13,551 nucleotides of DNA from a virus: IMG/VR virus record IMGVR_UViG_3300012949_000081. One strand, written 5' to 3'. Shown here piece after piece: positions 1 through 7,548 of this stretch. Position 1 is the first letter of the stretch; every line of letters begins with the position of its first letter. The position numbers and the translations under genes are program-made. The notes beneath the pieces were generated by a model. The model was not told where the DNA came from and made no database searches. It was given only the letters and a program-made list of their open reading frames with translations.

Positions 1-121
1 GTCCAGCTTTAAGGCTTTTGCTGCTAAAATCATGTATCCAATAGCCGCCGCGTTTGTCATACCGTCCATGTTTTCACTCCTTTTTTACTTTAATGTTTAC
101 TTGCATTTTATTATAATATTA
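1..121. repeat. Terminal direct repeat copy A (circularisation overlap)
   Basis: Base-for-base identical to 13431-13551. Contains the first 69 nt of the 54-aa ORF plus its RBS and the conserved box. Confidence 0.95.
87..101 (-). promoter_or_regulatory. Conserved box ACTTTAATGTTTACT (copy 1; duplicated at 13517-13531)
   Basis: 15-mer identical to 964-978 and 14/15 identical to 7559-7573. Lies between the predicted -10 (110-115) and the RBS of the 54-aa ORF. Confidence 0.6.
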
Positions 122-139
122 TTACCTGTTTAGTGTCAA
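110..139 (-). promoter_or_regulatory. Sigma-70/SigA-like promoter of the par-rep operon
   Basis: Minus strand reads TTGACA (139-134), then a 17-18 nt spacer, then TTATAAT (116-110). Sits immediately downstream of the terminator at 142-182. Confidence 0.5.
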
Positions 140-141
140 GT

Positions 142-182
142 AAAAAATAAGGCGGTCAAGGTTTAATTATCCCTGGCCGCCT
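142..182 (-). terminator. Rho-independent terminator after the 107-aa gene
   Basis: Minus-strand hairpin AGGCGGCCAGGG / CCTTGACCGCCT (150-182, one mismatch and one wobble), followed by TATTTTTT (149-142). Confidence 0.6.
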
Positions 183-188
183 GTTTCT

Positions 189-512
189 TTAATATCCTCT
201 TTTTAGCCGCCGCATTATAACGCTTGGCGCGTCCAGCTGCGTTTTATAAGTTATCATGCGTACGTCTGTATTGTAGTCTTTAGCAAGGCCTATTTTCTTA
301 AATTCTTCAAGGACTGTCATAATACCGGCCGCCGCTTCTGTTATGTCTGTGGCTTCTGGATATACAAAGTATTTGCCTTCCGCATATACCACAACGGCAT
401 ATGTAGAAAATGGGTTATCCGGCTCTATCGGAAAGGCAAATATAGTACCGCCCAACTGTTCCCTTATGGCTTTGGCTGTTTCAATGGCTTGTTGCTTTGT
501 CTGTTTCTTCAT
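189..512 (-). CDS. Hypothetical protein (107 aa from the ATG at 512; the track ORF extends to 533)
   Basis: Long ORF on the coding strand. RBS GGGGGA lies 9 nt upstream of the ATG at 512 (MKKQTKQQ...). No motif I recognise. Overlaps the upstream gene by 32 nt. Confidence 0.6.
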   Translation of the reverse strand: MKKQTKQQAIETAKAIREQLGGTIFAFPIEPDNPFSTYAVVVYAEGKYFVYPEATDITEAAAGIMTVLEEFKKIGLAKDYNTDVRMITYKTQLDAPSVIMRRLKRGY

Positions 513-927
513 TTCTCTTTTCCCCCGTTTCAATAGCCCTTTTTAATATTTCTTGGGTTGCAATGATATAATCAAAGGCCATATCTACAAAGTTAAATAT
601 CAAGTCATACTCCAAAAACCATTTATAAGACTGTTTCCCATGCTCTTTTTCTTTTTCGTCGTCCTGGTTCTGGCTCGGTACCTGGCTGCCCCATCTTATA
701 GCTGCTCTCGGGTCTGGCTTATCTGCAAAGCCATACTCTTGTGTCCAATAGCTTAACAAGGTATCAGCCTTTTCTAACTTAATAAGAGCGTCCTCAATGG
801 CTGTACGCGTTTCAAACAATTCATGTTTTAAGGCTTTTTCCGTAACGTTTGCTGCCGTTACTTCGTTTACCCCGTTTATACCGCTTACAACGTTTATCAT
901 GCTTACTGCGTTTACCATTTTGTTCAT
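481..927 (-). CDS. Hypothetical 148-aa protein with an N-terminal x-[V/I]-[N/S] tripeptide repeat
   Basis: ORF on the coding strand with a weak RBS (GTGGGG, 7 nt before the ATG). The first ~27 codons are encoded by the 9-bp phased array at 847-918. No recognisable domain. Confidence 0.55.
   Translation of the reverse strand: MNKMVNAVSMINVVSGINGVNEVTAANVTEKALKHELFETRTAIEDALIKLEKADTLLSYWTQEYGFADKPDPRAAIRWGSQVPSQNQDDEKEKEHGKQSYKWFLEYDLIFNFVDMAFDYIIATQEILKRAIETGEKRNEETDKATSH
847..918. repeat. Eight tandem 9-bp units with G[C/T]TTA[C/T] core (plus-strand orientation)
   Basis: Units: gtttgctgc, cgttacttc, gtttacccc, gtttatacc, gcttacaac, gtttatcat, gcttactgc, gtttaccat, starting at 847, 856, 865, 874, 883, 892, 901 and 910. 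The last six are strong and the first two degenerate. Confidence 0.8.
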
Positions 928-963
928 GTAAATACCCCACTTTCTAAAATGTTTTTTGGTGAT

Positions 964-978
964 ACTTTAATGTTTACT
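964..978 (-). promoter_or_regulatory. Conserved box ACTTTAATGTTTACT (copy 2)
   Basis: Identical 15-mer to 87-101. Lies 37 nt upstream of the ATG at 927 and downstream of the predicted -10. Flanked by GGTGA/TCACC inverted repeats. Confidence 0.6.
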
Positions 979-991
979 CACCGTTTAATGA

Positions 992-1022
992 TATATTACA
1001 CCATGATTATTATATTTGTCAA
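992..1022 (-). promoter_or_regulatory. Sigma-70-like promoter of the 148-aa/107-aa cassette
   Basis: Minus strand reads TTGACA (1022-1017), an 18-nt spacer, then TAATAT (998-993), with TG immediately upstream of the -10. Confidence 0.45.
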
Positions 1023-1032
1023 GTAGTTTTTT

Positions 1033-1059
1033 GTAAATAAAATAAACATAGTAAACATA
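1033..1059. repeat. Three tandem 9-bp units gtaaataaa / ataaacata / gtaaacata
   Basis: Same [G/A]TAAA[C/T] core and 9-bp phase as the large arrays. Sits between terminator 1068-1095 and promoter 992-1022. Confidence 0.5.
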
Positions 1060-1067
1060 AAAAGTCG

Positions 1068-1095
1068 AAAAAAGAAAAACGGCCAATATGGCCGC
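1068..1095 (-). terminator. Rho-independent terminator after the head-closure gene
   Basis: Minus-strand hairpin CGGCCA-TAT-TGGCCG (1094-1080), followed by TTTTTCTTTTTT (1079-1068). Confidence 0.6.
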
Positions 1096-1121
1096 TCTTG
1101 TATTATAACTGTGGGCTTATA

Positions 1122-1466
1122 TCAATGTATCGGCGGCTTGTCTTCATAGCCACCTGTTGCATATATTTTTATGTCGCCCTTGTAGCCTTCAAAGGTATCA
1201 ATCCGGATAATGTTAAAATATCGGTTCTTGTATTTAATAATCATGTCTGTTGTTATATCGTTGCGCCAATTTATTATAAATAACATTTCTTCCTCGGCTT
1301 GTACGGCTTTGGCTGCATAATATTCCCTGGCCGATAAATGCCTTACATAAGCCCACAACTTACCTTCATGTATCGGCGTCCATTCATAGCGTGGCATATT
1401 GCCCGGTTCTGCAACGTTGCGGCCTTCTAAAATCTCAATTTTCTTATCCTTAAGCAATTTACCCAT
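1122..1466 (-). CDS. Phage head-closure / head-tail joining protein (SPP1 gp16 / HK97 gp10-like)
   Basis: Size and sequence pattern are typical of the head-tail joining family (WAYVRHLSAREYYAAKAVQAEEEMLFIINWRNDIT...YFNIIRID). RBS AAGGAG lies 8 nt before the ATG at 1466. The track start at 1490 lies inside the terL 3' end and has no RBS. Confidence 0.7.
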   Translation of the reverse strand: MGKLLKDKKIEILEGRNVAEPGNMPRYEWTPIHEGKLWAYVRHLSAREYYAAKAVQAEEEMLFIINWRNDITTDMIIKYKNRYFNIIRIDTFEGYKGDIKIYATGGYEDKPPIH

Positions 1467-1479
1467 CTTATCAACTCCT

Positions 1480-3123
1480 TTATAAAGCATTTAAAAACTC
1501 GTTATAATGCTCATATAAGCCCACATAGGCGTTTAATAGGCTTGCTGTACCATCTATACGCATTTTTGCGCTCTGCGCCTTTATGGGTACAATATTGCCG
1601 TTTCTGTCGGTCTGTACGCCGGTATTGGTTAAGCACCATTTGAGAATAGGGTTGTTATTATAATTTATCTTCTTGGCCTGGAGATCCGCTCCCAACATCT
1701 GCATAGGTAAGCTTAAGGTCTTGGCTCCCTGTATGCAGCGCACCATCTTAAAGCCGTAATTCTCCATTTCTTCAACCCAATACTTGGCGCTATAACTGTC
1801 GTAATATATCCATAAAGGCGTTATGCCCTTCTCGTTTACCATCTCCAAAAACCAGGCCGTAACGTCGCCGTAATTGATTGAATTGCCGTTACAAAGTCTT
1901 ATTAAGCCCTGTTCAAGCCATTTATCGTATGGTATTTTTTCCTCTGTTACGCGCTTCTCAAAGTTATCCCGCGGCAGCCAATACATTTGATATACAAAGC
2001 GTTCCTCTGTTTCTTTGTCCATCATCAAGAGCGTTGCGCAAGTTAAGTCTGTGGTAATACTTAAATCAGCGCCGCCTATGGCATAGCAATTCTTAAACCT
2101 GGCAATGTCAAAGGTTTTCTCATTGTTTATATCATCAAAGGAAAGCCATGCGCTGCTAATGGTATCTCTTATATTGAAGTCCTTTACCAATATGCCGTTA
2201 AGGTCTTTCGGGCTGTTCTTGGCTCTCTCAACCTTGTTCATAAGGTCGTCCAGCTTCTTAATCGTGCCTAAACCCGGATTTGCTTTTTCCCAGGCCTTCG
2301 GGTCTTTCCATTCTTCCCGGTTATCCAGCTCATAGATTATGGGTAAAAATGTATCGTCCTGGAATGTACCATCAACAACGTTGCAGGCGTAAGAATACAT
2401 ATCATCAAATATGCACTCTCTGACGGTTCCGGCCGTTGTAATCATTACAAGTAAAGGCTGCCGTCTGGCGCTCTGGCTTTGTTTCATAACTTCGTAAAGG
2501 TTCCGGTCTTTTATGCTGTGCAGCTCGTCAATGATAACACAATGAGCATTTAGGCCGTCCAGGGTATCGCTGTTCTTTCCTAAAGGCTGAAATTTGCTCA
2601 TAGTCAAAGGAAAATATAAATCACTCTTGCGCTTCTTTATGTACCGGTTAATATCCGGACTTTGCTTTACCATGTTATGGGTTTCATCAAACACAATGCG
2701 CGCCTGGTCTTTCTTTGTGGCCACACTGTAAACTTCTGCGCCTGGCTCATTGTCTGCAATCATCATATAAAGAGCAATACCGGCAAGCATGGTACTTTTA
2801 CCATTCTTACGGCCTACCATGAACAACGTTTCCCGGTACTTTCTTAAGCCTGTTTCCTCATGGACAAACCCAAATAAGGCGGATATATAAGCCTTCTGGA
2901 ATAGTTCCAGCTTAACTGGCTTTCCCGCCCATTCGCCTTTAGAGTGCTTACAGAATTGTTCTATAAAGCGTATAGGCTTGGTTGCACGGCTCTCGTCGAA
3001 TATATACCCGCCCTTTGGGTTCTTTATGTCATCAACAAGCTTCTCGTACTGCTTCCTTACCCTTGTGGAAACAATACAAGAGCCGTTGCAAATTTCGTTA
3101 TAATACTGCTCAATGTAATTCAC
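1480..3123 (-). CDS. terL: Terminase large subunit
   Basis: Walker A GRKNGKST, Walker B VIIDELH, and the nuclease-domain aspartate motif GGADLSITTD. 547 aa. GTG start preceded by AAGGCGGTGA. Confidence 0.95.
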   Translation of the reverse strand: MNYIEQYYNEICNGSCIVSTRVRKQYEKLVDDIKNPKGGYIFDESRATKPIRFIEQFCKHSKGEWAGKPVKLELFQKAYISALFGFVHEETGLRKYRETLFMVGRKNGKSTMLAGIALYMMIADNEPGAEVYSVATKKDQARIVFDETHNMVKQSPDINRYIKKRKSDLYFPLTMSKFQPLGKNSDTLDGLNAHCVIIDELHSIKDRNLYEVMKQSQSARRQPLLVMITTAGTVRECIFDDMYSYACNVVDGTFQDDTFLPIIYELDNREEWKDPKAWEKANPGLGTIKKLDDLMNKVERAKNSPKDLNGILVKDFNIRDTISSAWLSFDDINNEKTFDIARFKNCYAIGGADLSITTDLTCATLLMMDKETEERFVYQMYWLPRDNFEKRVTEEKIPYDKWLEQGLIRLCNGNSINYGDVTAWFLEMVNEKGITPLWIYYDSYSAKYWVEEMENYGFKMVRCIQGAKTLSLPMQMLGADLQAKKINYNNNPILKWCLTNTGVQTDRNGNIVPIKAQSAKMRIDGTASLLNAYVGLYEHYNEFLNAL

Positions 3124-3135
3124 CGTATCACCGCC

Positions 3136-3486
3136 TTAATTAGCTTTTATAAACTCGTATAAGGCGTTTTCTTTAACCTCTGGCATTGCAGCTTTAGGCA
3201 ATAGGTCTGTAAGCTGTTTATAAAGCAGGCTGTATCTTTGTACTGTGGTATTATAGGCCTTCAATGCCGGGCTTTCTCTCATAAATTCCTGTTTACCCTG
3301 CTTGAATAGCTCAACGGTTCCATGTTCTTCAATCTGTTCCTTAAGGTCATTGAGCGTTTTATACATGAATAGCAGCTCATTTATGAGCTTTTCACCTATC
3401 GCCTTCCTATCTTCCGGTATCTGCTTCAATATCTTGTTAAGTTGTCGTTTGGTTTTCAAAAATTCTTTATCTTGGCTTAAATCCAT
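3136..3486 (-). CDS. terS: Terminase small subunit (P27-like family)
   Basis: 116-aa helical protein immediately upstream of terL and downstream of an HNH gene. Sequence resembles P27-family small terminases (ALKAYNTTVQRYSLLYKQL). Confidence 0.75.
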   Translation of the reverse strand: MDLSQDKEFLKTKRQLNKILKQIPEDRKAIGEKLINELLFMYKTLNDLKEQIEEHGTVELFKQGKQEFMRESPALKAYNTTVQRYSLLYKQLTDLLPKAAMPEVKENALYEFIKAN

Positions 3487-3516
3487 CTATTTCACCGCCT
3501 TATTACTTGCTGTTTA

Positions 3517-3528
3517 TTTAATGTTTAC
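3517..3528 (-). promoter_or_regulatory. Conserved box TTTAATGTTTAC (copy 3, 12-nt core only)
   Basis: Core identical to the other three boxes. Lies 31 nt upstream of the terS ATG. No convincing -35/-10 seen upstream. Confidence 0.45.
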
Positions 3529-3548
3529 CCCTCCCTCGTATATGTCCT

Positions 3549-3604
3549 GGAGAGAGGAAAAGAAAGGTACCCGCGCCGGTTACGCGCCCCGCGAAAAATT
3601 TTTC
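3549..3604. other. Candidate cos / terminase recognition region
   Basis: Lies in the HNH-terS intergenic region. Contains a 19-nt pure-purine run (3549-3567) and a locally very GC-rich segment (3566-3593) with CGCGCC repeated 11 bp apart (3572, 3583). Also has the perfect 12-bp palindrome GAAAAATTTTTC (3593-3604). Confidence 0.35.
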
Positions 3605-3899
3605 AAGGCCGGGGGGATTTGATTAAATTTCCGTTGCTGTCGAAGGCCAAACCTTCTGCACAAACTTCCGCGCTGCTGTGTTCTTTGTTATGGCAATCCT
3701 GGCATAATGCTTCAAGGTTACTCCAATTCAAGGTTATATTGACGTCATGTATGTTTTGCGGCGTTATATAAGTTTTATGGTGGACTATGCGCGCCGGTTT
3801 CCCACAACGTTCACATATATAATGCTTACTTGCCATGTATGCCGCTTGTGTATCTCTCCAGGCCTTGCTATTATAGAAGTCCTTTGCATAGTCCTTCAT
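3603..3899 (-). CDS. HNH endonuclease (packaging-associated)
   Basis: Zinc/HNH motifs CERCG...IVHHK...LEALCQDCHNKEH. 98 aa, directly upstream of cos/terS as in HK97-like cos phages. Confidence 0.9.
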   Translation of the reverse strand: MKDYAKDFYNSKAWRDTQAAYMASKHYICERCGKPARIVHHKTYITPQNIHDVNITLNWSNLEALCQDCHNKEHSSAEVCAEGLAFDSNGNLIKSPRP

Positions 3900-3903
3900 A
3901 ACC

Positions 3904-4176
3904 TCAACCCCTGGCCTTTACGGTAAGAGCTTTAAGCAAACTGTCAATAGTCCTTTGCAGCTTCTCGCTGTCTGTCTGCTCTGCGTTATACCACAACTGC
4001 AATATAAACTTTGCTGCTGTCTTGGCTAATGGCTCCTGCTCCTGTTGTTCCTTTGTCATGCCGGTTGTTACTTCAATGTATCCTGGTATAGCTTCAAGCA
4101 AAGAAGCAATTATAATGTCGTTGTCGTAGCCGTCTAACCTTAAAAACTCTCTGGCTTCTGATATATTTAAAATCAT
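3904..4176 (-). CDS. gp6-like head-tail connector (adaptor) protein
   Basis: 90 aa. N-terminus ISEAREFLRLDGYDNDIIIASLLEAIPGYIE is typical of the gp6-like connector family. Located just after the capsid gene. Confidence 0.75.
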   Translation of the reverse strand: MILNISEAREFLRLDGYDNDIIIASLLEAIPGYIEVTTGMTKEQQEQEPLAKTAAKFILQLWYNAEQTDSEKLQRTIDSLLKALTVKARG

Positions 4177-4201
4177 GTTATCACCCCTTTATTTAAGTAA
4201 A

Positions 4202-4226
4202 GGGTATTGGCATTAACCCAATACCC
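4202..4226 (-). terminator. Perfect 9-bp stem hairpin after the capsid gene (possible attenuator)
   Basis: GGGTATTGG, 7-nt loop, CCAATACCC. On the minus strand it is followed by TTTACTTAAAT, only a partial U-tract. Confidence 0.35.
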
Positions 4227-4249
4227 CCTACTCCAATCAATAGGCCTTA

Positions 4250-5491
4250 TTATTCAGCTGCTTCATGCAGCTTTACAAAGGCCTCGGTAACTATCGGCTT
4301 ACAGTCAGCTATTGCCAAAGCTCTGTAATCAATCAAGCCGCTTCTAAAGCTGCTTTCCCTGGATACTTCGATTACAATACCTTCTGCAAGGTTGTAGCCC
4401 ATGTAATTGAAGTTACCCAGGTAAATATCACCGTCGGCAATATTATCATCAATTACAACCTCGCGGCCTAAAATGTAGCCTATGCTTTCGTTCTTCGGGT
4501 CAGCTATGAATATAGGCCGTTTATTCTGGTCTACAACGCCGTAAACGTGAGTGTAAAGGGTTGCGTTATTCATAGCCCATTTAGCGCCCTGGCTGTATCC
4601 TCTCTTAAGCAATGCCATTGTAGCCACAAAGTCTTTATATTCCGGCTTGGATCCGTTGGCATATTCAACGGCGTTTTTGTTATCTCCAGTTGCTGTCCAG
4701 GTAATGCTTTCAAGGCCTGTTCCCTGTCCTTCACCGGTACCGTTAACCAAAGCGTCGGCAATACATTCCATAACGCAAGCGTTCAGCTCGTCAATAAGGT
4801 ATTGCTCAAAGGCGTCAATGCTCATTCTCTTTGCAGCTGCGCTGATAGAGAATACTTTGAGAATTTCATATCCGTTAAAGGATACGGTTGCAACGGTGTT
4901 CTTTTCGCTTTCAACCTTTGCGCCTTCTGTATGCCAACTTGCTTTGTTGGCCGGTGTTCCTACGGGTACGGCTATCTTTGTGGGTAAATTAAAGCTTCTG
5001 CATACTGAAATCAAGCCGCCCATCTTACGCGCCTTGCTTATAACTTCGTTCAAGGTCGTTGTCGGCAATACTGCGGCTGCACTCGTTACGGTGTTAAACT
5101 GGTCTGCCCTTCTTTCGGCCTTTACAATGTCCATAGCGCGCTTAAAGGCTGCTTCCTCAACGGAAGTAAGCTCTTTGCCTAAAAGCTGTTTGAAAAATGC
5201 GCTCCTGTATTCTGCGCTTGCGAATATGTCGCCCTCTCTGGCTTCATAGCTGCCATTGTTTACAAAGCTTGCGCCGGTAATAGGGTTAAACTGCTGTCCG
5301 GGTTTCTGGCTTCTCTGTTCAATGTTTTCCTTTGCCTGCTTCAAGCCTTCCAGTTCGATATTAAGGCTTGCAATGTCGGCGTTCGGGTCTGTATCCACAA
5401 CCTGTTTGATTTCCTTTGCTCTTTTCTCGATTTCCTCAATAGAGCTGTTCATGTAATGGTTAAATGCTTCTGCAATATTCTTAAACTTCAT
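4250..5491 (-). CDS. Major capsid protein, HK97 fold, with N-terminal delta (scaffold) domain
   Basis: 413 aa. Coiled-coil N-terminus (about 100 aa) followed by an HK97-family-like body. Directly follows the prohead protease. Confidence 0.9.
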   Translation of the reverse strand: MKFKNIAEAFNHYMNSSIEEIEKRAKEIKQVVDTDPNADIASLNIELEGLKQAKENIEQRSQKPGQQFNPITGASFVNNGSYEAREGDIFASAEYRSAFFKQLLGKELTSVEEAAFKRAMDIVKAERRADQFNTVTSAAAVLPTTTLNEVISKARKMGGLISVCRSFNLPTKIAVPVGTPANKASWHTEGAKVESEKNTVATVSFNGYEILKVFSISAAAKRMSIDAFEQYLIDELNACVMECIADALVNGTGEGQGTGLESITWTATGDNKNAVEYANGSKPEYKDFVATMALLKRGYSQGAKWAMNNATLYTHVYGVVDQNKRPIFIADPKNESIGYILGREVVIDDNIADGDIYLGNFNYMGYNLAEGIVIEVSRESSFRSGLIDYRALAIADCKPIVTEAFVKLHEAAE

Positions 5492-5497
5492 AGTAAT

Positions 5498-6067
5498 TCA
5501 TACCCCTTTCATCAATATTTGGTTAATTCTGATTTTTGCGGCCGCTCTTAAAGGGTCGTCTTTTATTCCCTTCATGGCCGCCCTGGCTTCAACGCTTGTT
5601 TGCGGATACGCCGGGAATGGTACTATTGAAATCTCATAGATTTTCTCAATTTTGAGAATTTCCCGCGTATTCGTGGCTGCGTCGTATCTGTCGCCGCCTT
5701 CCGGTACCTTAAAAGCAAAGCTCATGCCGGTTAAATCGCCGCGTTTTACTGCCGTATAAACGCTTTTGGCTTCCTCTGTATCCGGCAACTTTGCAACCAT
5801 CTTAAGGCCTGCCGCATCCTTAATCAGCTGCATTGTTTTAGGCGTCCTTGCTAAAGGTACCTTGCTTAAATCATGGTTGTATAAAAGTCTTGTGTCGCTT
5901 ATGTCTGCTTCGTCTAAAGCTCCACTTCTGATAATTTCGATATACTGCCCTGCCGGGTCGTTTATCGTTGTGGGCTGGTCGTAAACAATCGGCCTGCCCT
6001 CTAATATAAGGCCGCCTTCGCCTGCCGGTTCTGCGGCTCTTATTTCGCAAACCCTAATTTCCTTCAT
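5498..6067 (-). CDS. HK97-family prohead maturation protease
   Basis: 189 aa. Motifs LEGRPIVYDQP, YNHD (His) and GMSFAF (Ser). ATGA overlap with the portal stop. Confidence 0.9.
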   Translation of the reverse strand: MKEIRVCEIRAAEPAGEGGLILEGRPIVYDQPTTINDPAGQYIEIIRSGALDEADISDTRLLYNHDLSKVPLARTPKTMQLIKDAAGLKMVAKLPDTEEAKSVYTAVKRGDLTGMSFAFKVPEGGDRYDAATNTREILKIEKIYEISIVPFPAYPQTSVEARAAMKGIKDDPLRAAAKIRINQILMKGV

Positions 6068-7266
6068 TCTTCCACCTCTTTCAGCTGGTACTTATTTGCC
6101 TTTGCTGCGTCCACAACATTCAATGTCTGTAATCTCTTGTCGCCGTCCTCGACGCTTGGCAAATTCAATATTTCTAATGCCTGGTTTACGGTTAATAAGC
6201 CGTAAGGCATAAGCTCTTTAATCAAGTTTACTTTTGTTCCGTTGCTGCTGAATTGCAGGCGGCCGCTTTCAAATATGATTGAATTGCCAAAGGCCTGCTC
6301 TCTCTCATTAAATAGCTTCCTGGTAAATTCAAGACTTAACTGTACGGCTATTGGCTCAATAGTGCTTTCATAAAATGCCGCCCACTGATCTTCTGTATAG
6401 CTGCTGTTTACAATGGCTTCTGATATGCCTAAATAATCATATATTTTGGTCTTTATGGCCTGTATCTGCTTATCGTCTATTGTGGCCGGTTTAAGCTCAA
6501 TGGGCACATACTCCATTTTTTGGTCTGTTGCTACAACGCCGCCGTTATTGGCTATCTGCAAGTAATCATTTATAAACCTTTCCTTTTCCTCTTTAAGCTT
6601 CTCCGGCGCCATTATCTGCGTAAATTTCAGTATGCCGCGTATGTTCGCACTGCTCTTAATACCGTTTACTATGCCCTCATTCTGCGTATGGGCTAATTCT
6701 AACGCCGGTATAAGCGCTGTGTTCGGGTCTCCCAATAAATCGTTGTCGTTGAAATTGCGGCGTAAATGGATTATGTCTGAATAAGGTAATGTAACCTCTT
6801 TGCCGCTTGCGAATTGAAATCGGCAATATAAATCACCTGTGGTATCTGCTAAAAACTCAACGTGTAAAGCTCTTAACGGATATATGCCGGTAAGCTGTCC
6901 TCTCTCGTCCCTCTGGAGAAAAGCAAAGGCATTGTTATATAGATAATAATGGGTTACCATCTTATAGAGCATATCAAAGGCGCTCATATATGGGTTTGGC
7001 TGTACCTGCAATAACCGGTTTATTTTGCTGTTTTTGGCTTGTTCTCTGCGGTCTGCGTATTGTATAACATGGCTTCCTTTAAGTTTGGCCGCGTTCCTGG
7101 CTATTGCGTCAACCGCTCCCCGGTAAATGTCATTACTGTATGCGTCGCCATTCCAGGCTGTAAATATTGCCGTCTGGCCATTCATTATGTCGGCTCTGTC
7201 CTGCTCTGTCCGTTTCTGTGGTTTTCCCTTGAATATCCTTTGAAAAATGTTAATTGTTCTCACCAC
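6064..7266 (-). CDS. Portal protein, HK97 family
   Basis: 400 aa, positioned before the protease and capsid genes, with sequence character of HK97-type portals. The start is GTG (7266 or 7263) and overlaps the stop of the 83-aa ORF, so the exact start is uncertain. Confidence 0.9.
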   Translation of the reverse strand: MVRTINIFQRIFKGKPQKRTEQDRADIMNGQTAIFTAWNGDAYSNDIYRGAVDAIARNAAKLKGSHVIQYADRREQAKNSKINRLLQVQPNPYMSAFDMLYKMVTHYYLYNNAFAFLQRDERGQLTGIYPLRALHVEFLADTTGDLYCRFQFASGKEVTLPYSDIIHLRRNFNDNDLLGDPNTALIPALELAHTQNEGIVNGIKSSANIRGILKFTQIMAPEKLKEEKERFINDYLQIANNGGVVATDQKMEYVPIELKPATIDDKQIQAIKTKIYDYLGISEAIVNSSYTEDQWAAFYESTIEPIAVQLSLEFTRKLFNEREQAFGNSIIFESGRLQFSSNGTKVNLIKELMPYGLLTVNQALEILNLPSVEDGDKRLQTLNVVDAAKANKYQLKEVEE

Positions 7267-7511
7267 CGTTCTTCATTCGTGAAGCCTGCCGCCCTTTCAC
7301 ATTCCTTTATGGCCTTTACAAGGTTGCTTTCCATCTTCTCCTTAAGTTCTGGCGCATAAACCGAATAATGGGTTATGTATCGCTCATTAAGGTAAACAAT
7401 ATCATCATTTACCCACACTGGAATAAATCCAGGTCTTGGCGGCGCTTCGTCGCATGATAATACATTTTGAAGTTTTTGCCCGTCTGTAAATTTAATGGTC
7501 TTATATACCAT
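7260..7511 (-). CDS. Hypothetical 83-aa protein, first gene of the head operon
   Basis: ORF on the coding strand with RBS GGGGAG. Translationally coupled to the portal gene. No recognised motif. Confidence 0.55.
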   Translation of the reverse strand: MVYKTIKFTDGQKLQNVLSCDEAPPRPGFIPVWVNDDIVYLNERYITHYSVYAPELKEKMESNLVKAIKECERAAGFTNEERW

Positions 7512-7548
7512 GTTCTCCCCTGCTTACTGTTACATTTTTACATCTATC

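Noticed and set aside
1-121. Terminal repeat read as a biological DTR, LTR or IS end
   Set aside because: The repeat is direct and exact, and its inner boundary (13431) falls in the middle of an ORF, with the promoter on one side and the gene body on the other. That fits a circular-contig overlap. Packaging genes of the HNH/cos type also argue against DTR ends.
1467-1490. N-terminal extensions given by the ORF track (1490 for the head-closure gene; 533 for the 107-aa gene)
   Set aside because: The upstream ATGs lie inside the preceding gene and lack an RBS. The internal ATGs at 1466 and 512 have AAGGAG and GGGGGA at proper spacing.
3128-3502. Shared 11-mer TAAGGCGGTGA upstream of both terS (3492-3502) and terL (3128-3138)
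   Set aside because: It sits at RBS distance from both start codons. The simplest explanation is similar Shine-Dalgarno contexts rather than a separate regulatory element.
1844-6670. Isolated GTTTAC/GTAAAC hexamers inside terL, terS, capsid and portal coding regions
   Set aside because: Single hexamers are expected by chance at about this frequency. They are not phased at 9 bp and lack the extended TTTAATGTTTAC context.
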